From: an uncultured Selenomonadales bacterium
GTDB lineage: Bacteria; Bacillota; Negativicutes; Selenomonadales; Selenomonadaceae
Assembly: GCA_937915725.1 (NCBI GenBank)
Contig: CALGGV010000013.1
Coordinates: 1 to 50,245 of the forward strand
Length of the DNA: 50,245 nt
Direction of reading: 5' to 3'
Shown: positions 44,901 through 50,245 of the stretch, in pieces
Numbering within the stretch: position 1 is the first letter of the stretch
Layout: each line of letters starts with the position of its first letter
Translations under genes and position numbers: made by a program
Notes under the pieces: generated by a model
What the model saw: only the letters and a program-made list of their open reading frames with translations
The model's database searches: none
Told to the model about the DNA's origin: nothing

Positions 44901-45105
44901 GGAAATGGACGGTTTGCAGGCAACAGAGGCAATTAGAAAATTAAATCGCCCGGACGCCAAAACTATTCCTATTATTGCCTTGACTGCAAATGCCTTTGAT
45001 GAAGATGTTCAACGCTCGTTGCAATCCGGGTTAAATGCACATTTAAGCAAGCCTGTTAATCCGGATGTTTTATTTGATACGCTTGAAAATCTTATCCAAG
45101 ATTAA
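41995..45105 (+). CDS. Hybrid sensor histidine kinase with two receiver domains
   Basis: TM helix, periplasmic/extracellular sensor, second TM helix and coiled coil. H-box SHEIRTPMNAI and G-boxes DTGIGM / GSSGLGMAI. Two REC domains (DWKMPEMDG and MDMRMPEMDG, each followed by a conserved K in SKP). Confidence 0.9.
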   Translation: MDNEKNNVISDIRKSGVMKLAVIGSVIIAFILIIGTFWSGKSASTDTEKAVRNVSLLYLDELAGRREQIVSAALSNYINNINVALELITKEDLSGVENLQKFQAKVKRMYGFKKFAFVANDGLIYTATGTRNDIDIYQFDYKNMTDTSIIVRNLRNSNKKLVVAVPIDNLPFEGKILVACFMEIDMNDMLNYVCIQSTGTTTFCNLYTEDGFSLTNIILGGLLSGDNLFEELKRATFEKGYSIGEMKKDFAEGRKGYISFNYDNVRGTMYYVPVHGADWFLTYFIRESIIGDQVNSISAGIVQRNLVQLILTALVLMSIFGIMILQVRRAAKLNLEKEISETENRVKQQELEEQLALQEELLSQEQLKTQQDNMITALAADYRSVYYIDLDTGDGICYREDSKIENAKSNGEKFKFLEFFTNYALTYVVEEYREGFLNFIKTENIRSGLLENPIIVYRYLARHDDKESYEMLRMAGVRNAGERYDNQIHKVGAGFTDIDSEMRNALAKNQALNDALKAAEEASTAKTVFLSNMSHEIRTPMNAIIGLDNLAMNEPNISDKMRDYLKKIDSSAQHLLNLINDILDMSRIESGRLTIKNEEFSFSEFIEQINTMFSGQCAERKLEYNCRINGEVEDFYIGDVMKLKQVMINILGNAVKFTPAGGKIDFIVEKTANFKGKSTFKFIIKDTGIGMSAEFLPKLFDTFSQENSGAANKYGSSGLGMAITKNIVEMMNGKITVESEKGKGTTFFVTVTLTDSEKKFDADEIEINPASMNVLIIDDDKIACDHAKLVLEKTGIAAETALSGKEALEMIKLKSARREPYNLIIVDWKMPEMDGVEVTRQIRSIIGNDTAIIILTAYNWDDITEEAIAAGVDSFISKPLFSGHLLDEFKNALKNKKMLSSAVQKKADLTGKKILLAEDMIVNAEIMMEVLKMREMEPEHAENGKIALEMFEKSAPNYYAAILMDMRMPEMDGLQATEAIRKLNRPDAKTIPIIALTANAFDEDVQRSLQSGLNAHLSKPVNPDVLFDTLENLIQD

Positions 45106-45125
45106 AATTTTATTTTAAAAATACG

Positions 45126-45160
45126 CTTTTTCTTTCTTTAGAAGAATAAAAAGGCGCAGA
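45126..45160 (+). repeat. Short fragment of the MITE-like repeat core
   Basis: ctttttctttctttagaagaataaaaaggcgcag matches the ctttctttagaagaaata core of the other copies. Confidence 0.4.
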
Positions 45161-45190
45161 CATTCTTGAAAATTTGAAGGGAACTTTTTT

Positions 45191-46117
45191 ATGTCAAATT
45201 TAAAAAATATTACGGCAGAAACTCATGGAAGTTTCCAAATTAATAACGAAGTTTCAACGCCGCCAATTTCTTTACAAATGGCTACTCAAATTGGTTTGCT
45301 TGAATATGAGAATCCAAATTTTAAAAATTCCGCCGACAAAATTGCTATGGTTGTTTTGAGTTTTGGCACAACTTACAGGGAAACTTGCGAAAAAAATATT
45401 CTGGCAACCGTAAATACCCTTCAAAATGCCTTTAAAAACGTCAAAATAGCCCTTTCGTTCACTAGTCATATAGTCATTAAGCGAATTGCTGAAAATGCCG
45501 GATTTTGCTCTTATAGCGCGCCTGAAGAAACGCTTGAAAAAATCCTGAGCGAGGGTTTTACAAAAATTGCACTTGTACCGCTTGCAATAATTCCAGGACT
45601 TGAGTATAAATATGACATTGCAATTTTTCACGAATACAAAACGTGCTTTAAAAAAATGACTTTGGCAACTCCGCTAATGTATTGGCAAGGACAGGAAAAT
45701 TTCCCCGACGATATTTCGGAAGTAGTGGCGGCGTTAGATTTACCGGCGCAGGAAGAAGGCGCAGCGATTTTATTAATGGCGCACGGCACGCCCGATCCTT
45801 CCAATGCTTACTATTCAGTAATGCAGGAAAGACTTTCCGCGCTTAGGAATGACGCTTTCATTTACACTGTTGAAGGTTTTCCACGCCTTGAAAATTTAAT
45901 ATGCAAACTCAAACTTCAAAAATTTTCAAAGGTAATTTTAAAGCCGTTGATGCTGGTTGCCGGAGACCACGCCAATAACGATATGGCGGGCGAACACAAA
46001 AATATTTTAACTCGCGCAGGCTTTAATGTTGAAGTTCAAATGCAAGGATTAGGCGAAAACTCTAAAATTCGTGAAATTTATTTAAAACGTGCAAGACAAG
46101 CGTTGGATTTACTTTGA
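45191..46117 (+). CDS. cbiK: Sirohydrochlorin cobaltochelatase (anaerobic type)
   Basis: Collinear with CbiK as I recall it: VLSFGTTYRETCEKNI, LLMAHGT, KPLMLVAGDHANNDMAG, GLGENSKIR. It has an N-terminal extension of about 45 aa. Confidence 0.85.
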   Translation: MSNLKNITAETHGSFQINNEVSTPPISLQMATQIGLLEYENPNFKNSADKIAMVVLSFGTTYRETCEKNILATVNTLQNAFKNVKIALSFTSHIVIKRIAENAGFCSYSAPEETLEKILSEGFTKIALVPLAIIPGLEYKYDIAIFHEYKTCFKKMTLATPLMYWQGQENFPDDISEVVAALDLPAQEEGAAILLMAHGTPDPSNAYYSVMQERLSALRNDAFIYTVEGFPRLENLICKLKLQKFSKVILKPLMLVAGDHANNDMAGEHKNILTRAGFNVEVQMQGLGENSKIREIYLKRARQALDLL

Positions 46118-46171
46118 TATAATTTAAAAAATATATTACATTAATAAAAATTAAAATTGGCGGGTGTTATT

Positions 46172-46882
46172 ATGGCTGACGAAAGATTAATTGTAGCGTT
46201 GGATTTTCACAAAATGGAAGACGTGAAAAATTTGGTAAACGAACTCGGAGACAGTGTAATTTTTTACAAAGTTGGAATGGAACTTTTTTATAGCGTAGGC
46301 GCGGGCGTTGTCGATTGGCTCAAAACTCAAAACAAAAAAATTTTCCTTGATTTAAAACTTCACGATATACCAAATACGGTTGCGGGCGGACTTTGTTCGT
46401 TGATGAATTTGGGCGCAGATATTTTGAATGTACACGCGGCGGGCGGCTTTACAATGATGAAAACTGCCGCCGATAAACTGCGCGAAGAATCAGCAAAGGC
46501 GGGAATTGTCAAGCCAAAATTAATTGCAATAACAATTTTGACAAGCATTAATCAAAATGACTGGAGCGGCTTAGGTTACGATTCATTGAAAATTTCTGAA
46601 CAAGTTGTAAGATTTGCAAAACTTGCGAAAGACGCGGGGCTTGAAGGCGTTGTAGCCTCGCCGCAGGAGGCTAAATTAATTCGTGAAAATTGCGGCAAAG
46701 ATTTTCTGATTGTAACGCCGGGTATTCGCCCTGCAGGCAGTGATATTAACGATCAGAGCCGAATTTCTACGCCTGCCGCCGCAATAAAAAACGGCGCAAA
46801 TTATTTAGTCGTGGGCAGACCGATTCGCGCCGCCGAAAATCCTAAGCTTGCCGCCGAAAATATTTTGGCTGAAATTAAATGA
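46172..46882 (+). CDS. pyrF: Orotidine 5'-phosphate decarboxylase
   Basis: [30 protein letters not shown] and VVGRPI motifs. I prefer the ATG at 46172 to the listed TTG at 46157. Confidence 0.9.
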   Translation: MADERLIVALDFHKMEDVKNLVNELGDSVIFYKVGMELFYSVGAGVVDWLKTQNKKIFLDLKLHDIPNTVAGGLCSLMNLGADILNVHAAGGFTMMKTAADKLREESAKAGIVKPKLIAITILTSINQNDWSGLGYDSLKISEQVVRFAKLAKDAGLEGVVASPQEAKLIRENCGKDFLIVTPGIRPAGSDINDQSRISTPAAAIKNGANYLVVGRPIRAAENPKLAAENILAEIK

Positions 46883-47889
46883 ATTTATTAAGTTTGTTTA
46901 GCGGTTGCGGCGGATTAGATTTGGGCTTTAAGCGTGCAGGTTTTAAAATTCCCGTTGCCAACGAAATTGACAAAAATATTTGGCAGACTTTTAAAATAAA
47001 TCATCCTGATACTTATCTTATTGAAGGTGACGTAAGAAAAATTTCTAAAAGAAATATTACACCGTTTTTTTGTGGCGAAATTACGGGAATAATTGGCGGT
47101 CCGCCTTGTCAATCGTGGTCTGAAGCAGGAAATTTGAGCGGGATAAATGACGAACGCGGAAAATTATTTTTCGACTATGTAAGATTGCTAAAAGAATTTA
47201 AGCCGAAATTTTTTCTTGCCGAAAATGTAAGCGGTATGCTTGCCAAAAGACATTCTGCGGCAGTTCAAAATATTTTAAATTTATTTGAAGAATCAGGCTA
47301 CAATGTTACCTTGACAATGGCAAACGCCAAAAATTACGGCGTGGCAGAGGAACGCAAGCGAATTTTTTTCATTGGATTCAGGAAAGATTTACAGATTGAT
47401 TTTAAATTTCCAAAAGGTTCAACTACAGCTGTTTCAAAAAAATTAACTTTGCGCAATGTAATTTGGGATTTACAATTTAGCGCAGTTCCCGCCGCCGAAA
47501 AAAATTATCACAATCCAAATTCTATTAACAATAATGAATATTTTACAGGCGGTTTTTCGCCAATTTTTATGAGCCGTAACCGCGTTAAAACTTGGGACGA
47601 ACAAGCTTTTACAATTCAAGCGTCAGGGCGTCAATGTCAACTTCACCCGCAAGCTCCGCCAATGATTAAAGTTGGAAGAAATGACTGCCGTTTTGTCGAA
47701 GGCAAAGAAAATTTGTATCGCCGAATGACAGTAAGAGAAATTGCGCGGATTCAAGGCTTTCCTGATGATTTTAAATTTGTGTACGAAAATGTTAATGACG
47801 CTTACAAAATGATTGGAAATGCCGTGCCGGTAAATTTAGCTTATGAAATAGCAGTATCAATAAAATTATCGCTGGAGGAAAAATTTTGA
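46879..47889 (+). CDS. DNA (cytosine-5)-methyltransferase
   Basis: All the key motifs are present: [11 protein letters not shown] (I), GGPPCQSWS (IV), LAENVSGM (VI), QGFPDDF, GNAVPV (X). It overlaps the pyrF stop (ATGA). Confidence 0.92.
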   Translation: MNLLSLFSGCGGLDLGFKRAGFKIPVANEIDKNIWQTFKINHPDTYLIEGDVRKISKRNITPFFCGEITGIIGGPPCQSWSEAGNLSGINDERGKLFFDYVRLLKEFKPKFFLAENVSGMLAKRHSAAVQNILNLFEESGYNVTLTMANAKNYGVAEERKRIFFIGFRKDLQIDFKFPKGSTTAVSKKLTLRNVIWDLQFSAVPAAEKNYHNPNSINNNEYFTGGFSPIFMSRNRVKTWDEQAFTIQASGRQCQLHPQAPPMIKVGRNDCRFVEGKENLYRRMTVREIARIQGFPDDFKFVYENVNDAYKMIGNAVPVNLAYEIAVSIKLSLEEKF

Positions 47890-48844
47890 GCAATAAAAGT
47901 AACAATCAAGGGCGCGCCTATGAATACGCTTGGCTTGAAATTTTGTATAAGACTTTGAAAAATATTCGTCCGACAAAAATTATAAAAAATTCTTCATTCG
48001 ACGCAAATAAAAAATCTTTTGAAATTTTGACTGAAGACCAAAAAAATTTGTATAAAATTTCTGCACAAGCCGCTGTAAAAACTATTTTTGAACTTGAACC
48101 TCTAATTTGCGAAATTGAATATGACGAATTAACTTTAGAATTTTTAAAAGACGAATTTGGAATTAAAGGCGATGTTAGGGATATTGTTATTGGTCGCAAA
48201 AATTTAAATTGGGAAATTGGCTTGAGTATCAAACATAATCATGACGCAATAAAACGCAGTCGATTGAGTCATAAGATTGATTTTGGCAAAGAATGGTTTA
48301 ATAATCCTTGCAGTAGCGAATATTGGCAAGCTGTAAATCCAATTTTTGACAAACTAAAAAATTGAAACTTGAAGGTGCAAAATGGAGCGAAATACCCGAT
48401 AAAGAAAATTCAGTTTATGTGCCGCTCCTTCAGGCTTTTATTGACGAAATAAACACTGCTTACGAAGTTAATAAAAATATTCCGCGCGAAATTATAGAAT
48501 ATCTTATTGGCGTTAAAGATTATTATAAAATTGTAAGCCGCGACAGCGAACGTCTTACAGTGATTGAAACTTTTAATTTGCACGGAACGTTGAATCGACC
48601 GAGTAAAAAAATTGTGTCTGTAATTACCGTTCCAAAAGTTTCCTTGCCGACAGAATTGGTTGCATTGAAATTTAAATCCGGCAGTAAAAATACTCTTGAA
48701 ATGTACTTGAATAACGGTTGGCAACTTAGTTTTCGGATTCACAACGCAAGCACAAAAGTTGAGCCGAGTTTAAAATTTGACGTTCAATTTATCGGAATGC
48801 CACCGAGTATTATCAGTTTAAAATGTTTTTGGAATAATTTTTAA
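47886..48844 (+). pseudogene. Type II restriction endonuclease candidate (HaeIII-family-like, tentative) split by a frameshift in an A6 run
   Basis: TTG start with a GGAGGA SD, overlapping the methylase stop. ORFs 47886..48365 and 48362..48844 differ by one frame and meet at the A6 run (48356-48361); A7 would give one ORF of about 319 aa (...FDKLKKLKLEGAKW...). Confidence 0.6.
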
Positions 48845-48863
48845 AAAATAAATTTTAAAATCT

Positions 48864-49121
48864 ATGTATACTATTTTACAAATTAAAAATCTGGGCTTAG
48901 TGCGTAACGACGAAAATTTAAAAATACTGCTTGAACTTTACAATAAAATTTTTGACGTGGAATTAAGACGGGAAATTGTTTCGTCAATCGACAGACAAAA
49001 AAATGACACGGTTATTTTGGAATTTATCAAGGAAAATTTTTATAAGTGCGGATTTATGGAGCTTGTCTACCAAATGTACCGAACTTGCCTTTACAAAGGA
49101 AAATATAATTTCCAATTTTAA
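48864..49121 (+). CDS. Hypothetical protein, possibly truncated by the adjacent IS remnant
   Basis: 85-aa ORF that ends about 60 nt before the IS200-type end hairpin. Confidence 0.3.
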   Translation: MYTILQIKNLGLVRNDENLKILLELYNKIFDVELRREIVSSIDRQKNDTVILEFIKENFYKCGFMELVYQMYRTCLYKGKYNFQF

Positions 49122-49172
49122 AATCTCCTTTCAGCCGATTTTTTGTAATTTCAATAAAAATTTTCGCAAGGA

Positions 49173-49197
49173 ATCTTCCGACTTTAGTCGGGAGAGG
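49173..49197. mobile_element. IS200/IS605-type subterminal hairpin
   Basis: CTTCCGAC-ttta-GTCGGGAG, a palindrome immediately after the tnpA remnant's stop. Confidence 0.45.
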
Positions 49198-49312
49198 AAT
49201 TGCGATATTGATTTTGTATATATTTCTCTACAGTTTCTTTGCTCATATTGCCAAGAGTTCCCATATAATAACTGTTTGACCAAAGATGACCGCCCCAATT
49301 TGCTCTATGGTA
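49184..49312 (-). pseudogene. tnpA: IS200-family Y1 transposase (TnpA) remnant; only the C-terminal 40 codons or so
   Basis: The minus-strand frame reads NYHRANWGGHLWSNSYYMGTLGNMSKETVEKYIQNQY..., the conserved TnpA C-terminus (LWS.SY..G..G.VS.ETI.KYI.NQ). The N-terminal 100 aa or so are missing. Confidence 0.7.
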
Positions 49313-49364
49313 ATTTCATTTGAATTCATATGTAATATAATTTTTATAGAAGGAAGGTGAGAGT

Positions 49365-50245
49365 ATGGCAAAAGCAATGAAAAATTTTCTGTATCATTTT
49401 GGATTTAAAATCAGAATTTATCCCGACTATCAACAACGAAAAATTATAAAAATAAATTCTGACGCAAGTCGCTTTGTTTATAATGAAATGGTTTATATAA
49501 ATCTGGAACTTTGGAAATTCGGCAATCCGAAAATTTATATCAAAGGCGTAACTGAAAAAAATTTCTGAGTTAAACCTGCTGAAAAATTCTACTGCCGAAT
49601 TGAAAAACAAATATTTCTTTCTGCGTGATGAAAATGTTGATTCATTGGCGATTGATAATGCGAAACAAAATTATCAAAAAGCGTGGAAACTCTACCGAGA
49701 AATTCATTCGCACGGAACGCCAAATTTTCACCGCAAAACTTATCTTGAATCTTATCAGACAAACCCCCATTACAAAACAACTGACGAGGCACATTTGACA
49801 AATGCAAACGTGAGATTTTTGGACGAAAAATATATTCAGTTGTCGAAACTAGGAAAAATCAGATTTAAAGGCTCATCGAAAAGACTGCAAAAACTTTTTG
49901 AAATGGATAAGCAACACGAAATCCGAATTGGAACATTGACAATTTCGCGTGACGGTTGCGGAGATTATTATTTATCAATGCAACTTGCAAGTGACGAACC
50001 TTTTGTAAAAACTTTGGAATTTGTCGGCAGTCAAGTTGGAATTGATTTGAATTTAGAAAATTTTTACGCTGATTCATTCGGCAACATTATCGACAATCCG
50101 AGATATTATCGTTGATAACAGTCCAAAATGTACAGAAACAAAGAAAACTTGTATCAGGACTCCAAAGCAGAGTTATGAAACGCAGAGATTCTTTTCAGCA
50201 TATCTTGAGTGCGGCACTTATCAAGAACCACGATTTGGTCGCGGC
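49365..50245 (+). pseudogene. tnpB: IS605/IS1341-family TnpB (OrfB), frameshifted at least twice, 3' end outside the window
   Basis: FGFKIRIYPDYQQRKIIKINSDASRFVYNE is the typical TnpB N-terminus. The frame changes at the A7 run (49555-49561) and again before 50113. The third frame reads ...QKQRKLVSGLQSRVMKRRDSFQHILSAALIKNHDLVA, typical of the TnpB region upstream of RuvC-II. Confidence 0.75.

Overview
Low-GC chromosomal window, Firmicutes-like in its strong GGAGG ribosome-binding sites and frequent TTG/GTG starts. It mixes housekeeping genes with three accessory blocks. Housekeeping: argG-argH, pyrF, cbiK, an aminotransferase, a nitroreductase, tRNA-Leu, three MCP chemoreceptor genes and two sensor kinases. 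Block 1 (18.4-27.0 kb, minus strand) is a tightly coupled type III-D-like CRISPR effector operon: a short Cas10 with no HD domain, Cas7, a Csx10-like protein, a double Cas7, a Csx19-like protein, a large RAMP, and Cas6. I found no CRISPR array, cas1/cas2 or CARF/SAVED effector anywhere in the 50 kb. Block 2 (27.1-38.0 kb, plus strand) is transcribed divergently from block 1 across a 185-bp region. It encodes what I read as a fused TssB-TssC-like sheath, two Hcp/TssD-like tube paralogs, a J-domain protein, two FHA proteins, two PP2C-type proteins and an atypical 892-aa Hsp70-like ATPase. It has no baseplate, spike, membrane-complex or ClpV genes. This is my lead candidate for an undescribed system. 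Block 3 (38.3-41.9 kb) is a decayed prophage remnant with a tRNA-Gln-like gene and a Dam-like methylase. It is followed further on by a Dcm methylase with a split restriction gene, and then an IS200/IS605 remnant. The window also holds a structured MITE-like repeat family, heptad-periodic palindromes, a poly-G8 tract splitting an FkbM methyltransferase, and an MCP gene with two in-frame TAG codons. All homology calls come from motif recognition by eye and need database confirmation.
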